A stretch of 32,000 nt of DNA, taken from Fibrobacter succinogenes subsp. succinogenes S85. GTDB taxonomy: Bacteria > Fibrobacterota > Fibrobacteria > Fibrobacterales > Fibrobacteraceae. The notes beneath the pieces were generated by a model. That model ran no database searches, had not been told where the DNA came from, and saw only the letters and a list, made by a program, of their open reading frames with translations. Positions 22,901 through 30,392 of this stretch are shown here, piece by piece. How positions within the stretch are numbered: the stretch's first letter is position 1; every line of letters begins with the position of its first letter. Location of the stretch: the NCBI RefSeq assembly GCF_000146505.1, contig NC_017448.1, positions 3,060,001 through 3,092,000 on the forward strand. Reading direction: 5' to 3'. A program made the position numbers and the translations under genes.

Positions 22901-24374
22901 TCTTGTTTATCTCTTGCCGGTGATCTTCGTGGTCTTGGGCGGCATGGTGGCTCTCGCTGCTGAACCGTTCTTGCGCGACGAAAACAAGCACAAGGTTCTT
23001 CCTTGGGTGGCTGCTTTCTTCATTGCTCTTAGCGTTGCCGCTTTGTACTACGCAAAGACAGAAGCTCTCTTGAACCTTTACGCGATGGACCCAGTTCGCC
23101 GCGTGCTTTGCGCTGCAATCCTCCTTTGCGGTTTCCTCGGCATTTCGGGCCTCCAGTGGACTCTTGGCCGTGAACAGTTCAAGGGCGGTGAAGCTTATGG
23201 CCTCATGATGCTTGCCACTAGCGGTGCTATGCTCATGACTCAGGCTATCGACTTTGTTGCCTTGTTCATTGCAATGGAACTCACGAGCTTCCCGATTTAC
23301 GCTCTCGTGGGCATCCGCCGTAAGGACGTGAACGCTAACGAAGGTGTGTTCAAGTACTTCGTTTCGGGTGCTGTTTTCAGCGCTATCTTCCTCTACGGTG
23401 TTTCGCTGATTTATGGTGCTACGGGTTCGACGCATTTCTGCGGTCACGTGCTCGAAGGCCGTATGGCAATCTACAGCGTTGGTATGCTCTTTGTGATTGC
23501 AGGCCTCCTCTTCAAGGCTGGTGCTGCTCCGCTCCACTTCTGGGTGGCTGACGTCTATACGGGCGCCTCTGTCGCTGTGACGGGCTTTATGGCCGCTGTC
23601 GTGAAGGTCGGTGCTCTTGCCGCTCTCGGTACGGTCTGGGTAAGCGTTCTCGTGACGCGCTCCGGTGCCGAAGCTGTGTGGAACCTCGCCGAAAAGGTGA
23701 CTGTCGCAAATCCGTCCAAGCCGCTCTTCTACGTGGTTTTGGTTGTTGCAATCCTCTCCATGGTGATTGGTGCATTTAGTGGCCTTGCTCAGAAGTCTGT
23801 GCGTCGCATCTTGGCATTCTCTGCCGTGATGAACGCTGGCTTTATCGTGATCGGTCTCTTGGTCCCGAATTACCTCGGCAAGGGCGAAATCCAGATGGGC
23901 CCGATGTTCTACTTCCTCATCACTTATGCGATTGCCTCTGCGGGAGCCTTGACGGGCATTGCCTACATGTCGGGCAAGGATGATTGCAAGGAAAATCTCG
24001 AAGACCTCCAGGGTGCTGGTCGTCGCCGTCCGTTTGTGGCTCTTGGCGTTGCCGTGTGCCTTGCTTCTCTCGCTGGCCTTCCGCCGGTTGCAGGTTTCCT
24101 CGCCAAGTTCACGCTGTTCACCGAAGCCTTCAATGCTGACCTCGGCTGGCTTGCCGCTATCGGCTTTGGCCTCTCCTTGGTGGCTGCAGTTTACTACCTC
24201 CGCATTGCCTATGTGCTCTTTGCCCCGGCAAAGGACGACAAGTGCTGCGGTGGTGATCATATCTGCTGCAAGGCAAACTACGCATACGTTTACTTGCTCC
24301 GCTTTGCTGTTGCCGTGTCCGCTATCGCACTCCTCGTGATTAGCGCTCGCCCGGCATTGGCTTTGATCGGCTAG
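22890..24374 (+). CDS. nuoN: NADH-quinone oxidoreductase subunit N
   Basis: 494-aa polytopic protein in the N position (FKAGAAPLHFWVADVY, RILAFSAVMNAG, YYLRIAYVLF). It overlaps nuoM by 11 nt. Confidence 0.93.
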   Translation: MLSNLVYLLPVIFVVLGGMVALAAEPFLRDENKHKVLPWVAAFFIALSVAALYYAKTEALLNLYAMDPVRRVLCAAILLCGFLGISGLQWTLGREQFKGGEAYGLMMLATSGAMLMTQAIDFVALFIAMELTSFPIYALVGIRRKDVNANEGVFKYFVSGAVFSAIFLYGVSLIYGATGSTHFCGHVLEGRMAIYSVGMLFVIAGLLFKAGAAPLHFWVADVYTGASVAVTGFMAAVVKVGALAALGTVWVSVLVTRSGAEAVWNLAEKVTVANPSKPLFYVVLVVAILSMVIGAFSGLAQKSVRRILAFSAVMNAGFIVIGLLVPNYLGKGEIQMGPMFYFLITYAIASAGALTGIAYMSGKDDCKENLEDLQGAGRRRPFVALGVAVCLASLAGLPPVAGFLAKFTLFTEAFNADLGWLAAIGFGLSLVAAVYYLRIAYVLFAPAKDDKCCGGDHICCKANYAYVYLLRFAVAVSAIALLVISARPALALIG

Positions 24375-24379
24375 TAAAA

Positions 24380-24410
24380 CTTGTCGTTCCCGCCTCCGAG
24401 CGGGAATCAC
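24380..24410 (+). repeat. Copy D (diverged) of the GC-hairpin element
   Basis: CTTGTC-GTTCCCGC-CTCCGA-GCGGGAAT-CAC starts 5 nt after the nuoN stop. The stem is maintained by compensatory changes relative to copy B. Confidence 0.55.
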
Positions 24411-24423
24411 TATTATTGAAAAA

Positions 24424-24457
24424 CGTCCCGGCTGAAAAAGTCGGGATGTTTTTTTTT
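24424..24457 (+). terminator. Rho-independent terminator of the nuo operon
   Basis: Stem CGTCCCGGC (24424-24432) / GTCGGGATG (24440-24448), 9 bp including 2 G-U pairs, with loop TGAAAAA. It is followed by a run of nine T (24449-24457). Confidence 0.8.
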
Positions 24458-24489
24458 GTATTTTGTTCTTGAAAAAGGAAATTTCTAAT

Positions 24490-25248
24490 ATGACAACTCC
24501 GAAAAGTGATGAAAAGAACAAAGAGACGTTTAAAGGGACTCTGATTTTTTGGCTTTGTGAAATTATGGGTGAATTGGGGATTCACTGTTTTGTTAGTGGC
24601 AGAACCCTAAGAGGTTTGCTCTATTTGTCTATGACCATTATTTCTTGCTTTATCATTCCTCTTGCAGTTCCCTTTGTAATGTTCTTAGGGAAACCTATGT
24701 ATGGCTTGGACTTGATAGCAGGAATAATGATTTTTATTGTGACTGTGCTTGTTTTTATAGATGCGTGGACAATTGGGAACGGCCGTTATGAAAATAAAAT
24801 AAATGGCAAGAAGTATAGGGGTGGCTTATGGATGAAAGTAGTAGCTATTCTAGGGCTTATTTTAAATTGGACTTACGTGGTTTTTGGGGGATGTTTTTTT
24901 AATATGTCTGAAACCATAAGTAATGATTTAAAAACACGGGTCGTAACGGTTTTGAATGCTGGTGTTGACGATTATTTGGAAAAACAAGGGTTGTTTTTTG
25001 ATAAGGAACATCAAATAGGAAATTTTGAACAGATTGGTTATGCATCACATTTTAAATATTTTGATTTTATAGATTTGAATGCTGGATTGAAGATATCTTA
25101 TAAACTCAATTTCGGATGTCCTCATCAATCAATATGGACGATAACACCTTCTATAGTTGATGGAAAATTGAAATGGAATGTAACAGAACCGGAAGATACA
25201 AGGTGCTCTGAATTTTTTCCATTGAAGTTGAATTTGAAAGAAAAATGA
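24490..25248 (+). CDS. Hypothetical multi-pass membrane protein with a TM2-domain-like N-terminal half and a ~110-aa soluble C-terminal domain
   Basis: WLCEIMGELGIHCFVSGRTLRGLLYL resembles the G-x-x-G-x-H-x-F-x-x-G-R motif of TM2 domains, and 3-4 hydrophobic helices follow. I prefer the ATG at 24490 (AAGGA upstream) over the track's TTG at 24463. The region is AT-rich and uses TTA/ATA/AGA codons that are rare in the flanking genes. Confidence 0.6.
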   Translation: MTTPKSDEKNKETFKGTLIFWLCEIMGELGIHCFVSGRTLRGLLYLSMTIISCFIIPLAVPFVMFLGKPMYGLDLIAGIMIFIVTVLVFIDAWTIGNGRYENKINGKKYRGGLWMKVVAILGLILNWTYVVFGGCFFNMSETISNDLKTRVVTVLNAGVDDYLEKQGLFFDKEHQIGNFEQIGYASHFKYFDFIDLNAGLKISYKLNFGCPHQSIWTITPSIVDGKLKWNVTEPEDTRCSEFFPLKLNLKEK

Positions 25249-25255
25249 ACTAAAT

Positions 25256-25825
25256 ATGGTTTGTTCAAAGTGTGGTGAAAAGTTCGATTATTACGAGCCA
25301 TGCTGCCCGTGGTGCGGGGCTCCGAAACCGGCTGAAGAACAGAAACCGGCTGGCAATGTTTCGCCCATGGAGGAGTCTTCGGAAAAAGAGGACGAATGCG
25401 TCACGTTTGAGTCTAAGAGAGACCATGATGGCGCTTTTGAAATTGCTCGCCAGCATGTTTGTTCGATTCTGAGTCTTTGTCTTGGTCTTTTCCTATTTCG
25501 CACAGATGATTTGTTCTGTTTGGTGTTTTCACTATTCTTTGTGATAGGAGCCCCTTTTATATTCTTAAATGCGCGTTTTTCAGCAAAAGTTGTCCATAAA
25601 GTCAAATGCTACAAGGATAGGTTTGTGTTATGTACATGTTATGATGAGATGGCTTTTTCTTTCGATAAGGCGAATCGGCCAGAAATGAAAATTAGTGTAT
25701 TTGATGGTTACAACACAATTGTTTTTCAAAACAGTCAATATCGAAAAACATTCATTGTCTGCGAGCGTGATTTTCCTGAAGTTGTTGTGGCTATGAAGAG
25801 GGTCTACGGCATATCGGCTGAATAA
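25256..25825 (+). CDS. Hypothetical zinc-ribbon membrane protein (zinc ribbon, acidic linker, 2 TM helices, small C-terminal beta-rich domain)
   Basis: N-terminal CSKCGEKF...CCPWCG zinc ribbon. Hydrophobic hairpin ILSLCLGLFLF...LVFSLFFVIGAPFIFL. The C-terminal ~80 aa have an alternating pattern compatible with a bacterial PH-like fold (a guess). Confidence 0.6.
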   Translation: MVCSKCGEKFDYYEPCCPWCGAPKPAEEQKPAGNVSPMEESSEKEDECVTFESKRDHDGAFEIARQHVCSILSLCLGLFLFRTDDLFCLVFSLFFVIGAPFIFLNARFSAKVVHKVKCYKDRFVLCTCYDEMAFSFDKANRPEMKISVFDGYNTIVFQNSQYRKTFIVCERDFPEVVVAMKRVYGISAE

Positions 25826-25882
25826 AATTTTTATTATTTAGATGAATTGAAAATTGCCTGCGGGCATGAAAAAGGAATTATT

Positions 25883-26368
25883 ATGGATAAAATTTATCGT
25901 TCTGGTATTGGTTTTGACGTTCACAAGTTGGTGGAAGGCCGCAAGTGCATTATCGGCGGCGTGGACATCCCGTACGAAAAGGGCTTGCTCGGCCACAGCG
26001 ATGCTGACGTGCTTTTGCATGCCATTAGCGATGCTTTGCTTGGTGCTGCAGGCCTCGGCGATATCGGCACGTACTTCCCGGATACGGACCCGGCATTCAA
26101 GGGTGCCGATAGCTTGGAACTTTTGCGCAAGGTCGGCGAAGAAGTCAAGAAGGCGGGCTACGAAATCATCAATATCGATAGTATCGTGATGTGCGAACGC
26201 CCGAAGGTGAACCCGCACAAGGAACAAATGAAGGCAAACATTGCCCGCGTGCTCGGCCTTGATGTGAAGCAGATTGGCATCAAAGGCACGACGACCGAAA
26301 AGCTCGGCTTCACGGGCCGCGGCGAAGGTATCGCAAGCCAGGCCGTTGCGATGGTGCGCTCTATATAA
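25883..26368 (+). CDS. ispF: 2-C-methyl-D-erythritol 2,4-cyclodiphosphate synthase
   Basis: [39 protein letters not shown] and [10 protein letters not shown] are IspF signatures. I prefer the ATG at 25883 (AAAGGAA upstream) over the track's start at 25847. Confidence 0.93.
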   Translation: MDKIYRSGIGFDVHKLVEGRKCIIGGVDIPYEKGLLGHSDADVLLHAISDALLGAAGLGDIGTYFPDTDPAFKGADSLELLRKVGEEVKKAGYEIINIDSIVMCERPKVNPHKEQMKANIARVLGLDVKQIGIKGTTTEKLGFTGRGEGIASQAVAMVRSI

Positions 26369-26392
26369 TAGAGCTTGCGGCGCGGTTATATT

Positions 26393-26427
26393 CCCGGCTG
26401 GGTTTTAATCCCGGTCGGGCTTTTTTT
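26393..26427 (+). terminator. Rho-independent terminator after ispF
   Basis: Stem CCCGGCTGGG (26393-26402) / CCCGGTCGGG (26410-26419), 10 bp with 2 G-U pairs, with loop TTTTAAT. It is followed by C and then TTTTTTT. Confidence 0.75.
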
Positions 26428-26481
26428 GTCCGTAATATATTTTGTATATTATAGCTTGTAGGTAATTTGGAAGGAGTGTTT

Positions 26482-29400
26482 ATGTCCAAAAAGTTTTATG
26501 CAGCGGTAGCTATTATGGTGGCTACTTGCGCTCAGGTTTCTTTGGCGGCGTGGGATGGCTCGGCGAAAGTGCCGAAAGTCGTTGAAAAGGACGGGCAAAA
26601 CTTTTATGAAATCACGTCTCCGGAGGAACTGATTGGCTTCTTGGATTCTGTGCTAGTGGGTAAGGCCGGAGATGAGTCCCTCAAGGCTTACTTGAAAAAT
26701 GATGTCGTATTCGGGGTGGATACTTCAAAACTTTGCGAAAAACGCTGGGTCCGTAATAAAGAGCAGTCGATGTTTACGGGTGATTTTGATGGACGTGGAC
26801 ATTCCATTTATGGTTTGAATGCTGAAAATGCTTTGTTCCGCGAAGTGGGCATGAGCGCAGGTTCTGTTCACGATGTCAGCGTGGTGCATGGTTCTTTTGG
26901 TAGCGATTCCGTGACTCGTGCGGCATCAATTGCGGATATTTTGGATGGGTCCCTTTGGAATGTAAATGTGATTGCTACGGATGTCCGTAGCGCTTATGAT
27001 GCGGCAGGCATTGCTGCTAACGTATCAAGCCCGTATGGGTCCGATGGTAAACATGCTCTTATCCTTAATAGCCATGTTATAGGCGGCTCCGTTGGCGGTA
27101 GCTATTATGTTGGTGGTATTGCCGGTTTTTCTGCGGGTAAAATTCATGGTTGCTCAAATTCTGCTCGAGTTTATACGGTTGAAAATCCAAATGTAAAAGA
27201 GCAAATGATTGAACATCTTGGCGGCATTGTGGCGTATTCTACAGTGGACTTTGGCACTGCCATTGGAAATTGCGTCAATCGCGGAAAAATCGAAATGGAG
27301 TCTTTGGCTCAATGGGCGTATGTAGGTGGCATTGCTGGCGAAGTTGATGGAAATATCGAAAATCTTCAAAATTATGGAGAAGTTTCATCAAAGGTTACAT
27401 TTGCTTCGGATACGGCGAAATCTACTTGGGCCGCGGCTTCTTATGTGGGCGGAATTGCAGGGCAACATTCTTTGCCTAGAAAGTACTCCGGTGAAAATCG
27501 TGACTTGTTGAATGAAGGGAATGTGCTTGCTGTTTTTGATAACAGGATTGAAAATGGCGACTTCATGGTTGGCGGTGTTGTTGGAAATGCGGACCGGTCG
27601 AGCATTACTAATGCCCTTAATCGAGGTTCCGTTGTTGCTCATGGCTTTGGCAAATTGACGAAAACGTCTGTGGGCGGTGTCATCGGTTTGGCCAATATGA
27701 ATGTATATAGCGGTTTTGCAAAGCTTAAGAACCGTGGCAATGTCTATGGCGGAGGTACGTTTCGCACCCATGTCGGTGGACTTGCAGGGCGGATGGAAGG
27801 TTATGTTGTAGATGATCCGAAATTTGTGCAGTCGTTTAATTATGGCTGTGTGACTGGCGTTGTTGCGGATACGTCAAGTGTGTCCGAGGCTTTGAATGTG
27901 GGCGGTCTCCTGGGCTATGGTGATGCCATTGTTTTCAGCGATGTTTACAATCGTGGAAAAATTTTGGCAAAGGGCAAGCTTGTTTATGGTGGTAGCTATG
28001 TGGGCGGTATCGTGGGCTTGAACCGTTATCCGACAGCCTCCATTTCTAATGCTTATAGTGCTACACCGGAAATTACGGGTGACACTGTGGGTGGTGTTGT
28101 TGGCTATTCGCTTGAGGCCGCAGTTCCAAGCAATACTTATTTTGACAAGACTCTTGCCGATGTAAAATCGTTTGGAAAAAACTATTTCGAAACGGCGGAT
28201 GATCCGGATTGTGGAAGAGCTACTTCCGCATTGCAAAACGATGAAATACTTGCGATGTTGAACACCCAAAATGGTAAGGTTTCCGACCGCAAATTGTGGG
28301 TGCGCCGTGGTGGATACCCGGTATTGACTTTCGACAGCTTGTATAAAAACGATTCACTTTTCTTTGATCTGCAAACGTATGCGCTTCCGTCTGCAGAAAT
28401 CGTGAATGATACTGCTGTTTACACTATAAAGACTGCTGATGAACTTGCGACTTTGTTGGAAATGGGCTCGTCCTTTGGATACAAAATGTTCAAGGTCAAA
28501 CTTGCAAACGATATTGTGATGGGTGAGGATTCTACGCACCTATCTATGCGCAAGATGTCTATTGATACGAGCGGACTTTGCATTAACATGATGTTTGACG
28601 GACAAGGCCATACCGTTTACGGGTTGAACATGTCTAGAGCAATGTTCTATTGCTTGGCCGAGGGTGCCGTTATTGATAATATGACGATTGCAAACAGCCG
28701 TTTTGCAAATGATTATGGAATGTCTGCGGCTGGAATCGCGATTTCGTTAAAAAAGAATAGCGCTATTCGCAATGTGAAAATCCGGAACAGCCTTGTTCGC
28801 GGCGGTGACGTTGCGGGTGGTATTGTCGCTAACAGTTACGGCACGATGTTGGAGGTGGCAAACGAGAATACTCCGGTTTACGCCTCGGATAAGGCGGGCG
28901 GCGTTGCTGGTGAAAGCAATGGATTTATTGTGGGGGCGTCCAATTCGGGCAAGGTCTCGGGGCGCTTGGCCGGTGGCATTGTGGGTTATTCTTACTTTAA
29001 TAATGGAATTGTCAAGAATGCATCGAACACTGGGGCGATTCTCGGTTCTGGCGAATATTCCGTAGCGGCGGGTGGCATTGTCGGCTATTCTTTCCGCTTG
29101 CAGGTTATGGATGCCTTGAATACGGGGCTTGTTGAAGCATCGTCTGCCTCTGCTAAGGTCTATGCGGGCGGTATCGCGGGTAGAATCGATTCTTCTACGA
29201 CATTGGATAGGCTCGGGAACTGGGGCCGCGTGCATATCTTGGGTGGCACTGTCGCCTATGCGGGTGGCCTTGTTGGATGGTACGAAGGGTTGCCTGTTAG
29301 GGGCTTGGAAAAGCCGACTCCGGGTGCAAACTTTTTGGAGAGTTTTAACTATGGCCCCGTGTATGTCAAAACGTCGAAAGACAGCTCGTATGCGGGCGGT

Positions 29401-30177
29401 ATTGCGGGCTATGGAAAGTTTGGCATATTCCATGGAATCTACAATAGGGGTGTTGTGAAGAATGAAGGTCCGTCGTCCAAGAAATGGACTGGTGGCGTGC
29501 TTGCATCGGTCGAACACGGCCAACTGTACAGTAGCTATAGCTATACCGATACGTTGACGGGTAATGGTGTTGGTGCGCTTGTTCATGACTGGCAGGGATT
29601 TACTTATATAGAACGCAATTATTATGGCAAGGGCTTGGTGGATGCTCCTGCGATTGTGAAAATCTCCCTGGATGATACTTCTAAGGTTTATAGGAATGTC
29701 GAAGCCAAGACCTTTGATGAACTGAAATCGGCTTCTATGGATTTGGAGACCGGTGGCTTGACGTGGATTTTTGGTGATTGCTTGCCGAAGCTTGCGCACG
29801 ATACGACCACGGCTTGTAAGGTGAACGTGGTGGAGGACTACTTTGATACGAGTTTTGTTGATCAAATCGTTTTCCAGGAAAACGTGATTTTTGCCGATTC
29901 TACGGATAATCAGGGGTCGGGAAGTGGTGAAGGTCCTGTGGCGACTCCGAAATCTCCGGTGATGGCGAAGGCTGCTCCGTTAAGTGTTCAGGTGGTTGCT
30001 CGTAACATTGCGGTTTCGGGGCTTTCTGGAAATCGACCGGTGCTCGTGATGGATATGCAGGGGCGCTTGGTGAAGTCCGTCCGTGCGCATGGCCCGTCGG
30101 TGAATATTGCAGTCCCGAGGGCAGGGCGCTACATCGTCCGCAGTGGCTCGCAGGCAAGGGTTGTGACTGTAAGGTAG
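26482..30177 (+). CDS. Large secreted GLUG-motif repeat protein (1231 aa) built from two homologous ~550-aa modules, with a T9SS-like C-terminal sorting domain
   Basis: Signal peptide MSKKFYAAVAIMVATCAQVSLAA. Each module opens with F(T)GDFDGRGHSIYGLN / FDGQGHTVYGLN, followed by many (V/A)GGI(A/V)G repeats (GLUG-type). The last ~65 aa (...LSVQVVARNIAVSGL...VLVMDMQGRLV...GRYIVRSGSQARVVTVR) resemble Por/T9SS C-terminal domains. SD GGAAGGAG precedes the ATG at 26482. Confidence 0.82.
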   Translation: MSKKFYAAVAIMVATCAQVSLAAWDGSAKVPKVVEKDGQNFYEITSPEELIGFLDSVLVGKAGDESLKAYLKNDVVFGVDTSKLCEKRWVRNKEQSMFTGDFDGRGHSIYGLNAENALFREVGMSAGSVHDVSVVHGSFGSDSVTRAASIADILDGSLWNVNVIATDVRSAYDAAGIAANVSSPYGSDGKHALILNSHVIGGSVGGSYYVGGIAGFSAGKIHGCSNSARVYTVENPNVKEQMIEHLGGIVAYSTVDFGTAIGNCVNRGKIEMESLAQWAYVGGIAGEVDGNIENLQNYGEVSSKVTFASDTAKSTWAAASYVGGIAGQHSLPRKYSGENRDLLNEGNVLAVFDNRIENGDFMVGGVVGNADRSSITNALNRGSVVAHGFGKLTKTSVGGVIGLANMNVYSGFAKLKNRGNVYGGGTFRTHVGGLAGRMEGYVVDDPKFVQSFNYGCVTGVVADTSSVSEALNVGGLLGYGDAIVFSDVYNRGKILAKGKLVYGGSYVGGIVGLNRYPTASISNAYSATPEITGDTVGGVVGYSLEAAVPSNTYFDKTLADVKSFGKNYFETADDPDCGRATSALQNDEILAMLNTQNGKVSDRKLWVRRGGYPVLTFDSLYKNDSLFFDLQTYALPSAEIVNDTAVYTIKTADELATLLEMGSSFGYKMFKVKLANDIVMGEDSTHLSMRKMSIDTSGLCINMMFDGQGHTVYGLNMSRAMFYCLAEGAVIDNMTIANSRFANDYGMSAAGIAISLKKNSAIRNVKIRNSLVRGGDVAGGIVANSYGTMLEVANENTPVYASDKAGGVAGESNGFIVGASNSGKVSGRLAGGIVGYSYFNNGIVKNASNTGAILGSGEYSVAAGGIVGYSFRLQVMDALNTGLVEASSASAKVYAGGIAGRIDSSTTLDRLGNWGRVHILGGTVAYAGGLVGWYEGLPVRGLEKPTPGANFLESFNYGPVYVKTSKDSSYAGGIAGYGKFGIFHGIYNRGVVKNEGPSSKKWTGGVLASVEHGQLYSSYSYTDTLTGNGVGALVHDWQGFTYIERNYYGKGLVDAPAIVKISLDDTSKVYRNVEAKTFDELKSASMDLETGGLTWIFGDCLPKLAHDTTTACKVNVVEDYFDTSFVDQIVFQENVIFADSTDNQGSGSGEGPVATPKSPVMAKAAPLSVQVVARNIAVSGLSGNRPVLVMDMQGRLVKSVRAHGPSVNIAVPRAGRYIVRSGSQARVVTVR

Positions 30178-30194
30178 TGCTGGATTGCTTAGAT

Positions 30195-30226
30195 GGAGAT
30201 GCCCGTTTGGTGGCGGGCATGACAAG
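30195..30226 (-). repeat. Copy C of the GC-hairpin element
   Basis: The plus strand reads GGAG-ATGCCCG-TTTGGTGG-CGGGCAT-GACAAG, 17 nt after the GLUG gene stop. It is inverted relative to the other three copies with respect to the upstream gene. Confidence 0.6.
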
Positions 30227-30255
30227 AAGCATCCTACTAAAAATGTAAGCATCCA

Positions 30256-30290
30256 CCCTTTGACGAATCAAAGGGGGATTTCTATTTTTT
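30256..30290 (+). terminator. Candidate terminator hairpin downstream of the GLUG-repeat gene
   Basis: Perfect 8-bp stem CCCTTTGA (30256-30263) / TCAAAGGG (30268-30275) with loop CGAA. The T-rich tract (TTTCTATTTTTT) starts only 4 nt after the stem, so the geometry is not ideal. Confidence 0.4.
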
Positions 30291-30392
30291 ACATAGTTCT
30301 AAAAAACAAAAAAACAACTACGTTTCGAATCCGGACTAGCTGAAAGGCAGCGACGATGACCCCGGTAAGAGGCGCTTCTATAGGATTGACCT

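Noticed and set aside
11388-24521. Series of long minus-strand ORFs across the nuo operon (11388..12488, 13627..14910, 14876..16291, 16627..17805, 18994..20709, 21266..22765, 22893..24521 and others)
   Set aside because: Every one lies antisense to a nuo gene with textbook motifs. Their products are Arg/His/Glu/Asp-rich, non-membrane-like sequences. Their disappearance in the AT-rich insert (24460-25830) confirms they are a codon-bias artefact.
24458-25846. Calling the AT-rich insert a mobile element or genomic island
   Set aside because: I could see no integrase, transposase, tRNA target, inverted repeats or flanking direct repeats. The compositional anomaly alone supports only the statement that it is possibly foreign, so it is reported as a finding rather than a mobile_element feature.
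26467-26481. Track TTG starts at 26467 (GLUG protein), 24463 (TM2-like protein) and 25847 (ispF)
   Set aside because: In each case a downstream ATG (26482, 24490, 25883) is preceded by a purine-rich SD at appropriate spacing. The ATG also gives a sensible N-terminus: a signal peptide for the GLUG protein and the conserved IspF start.
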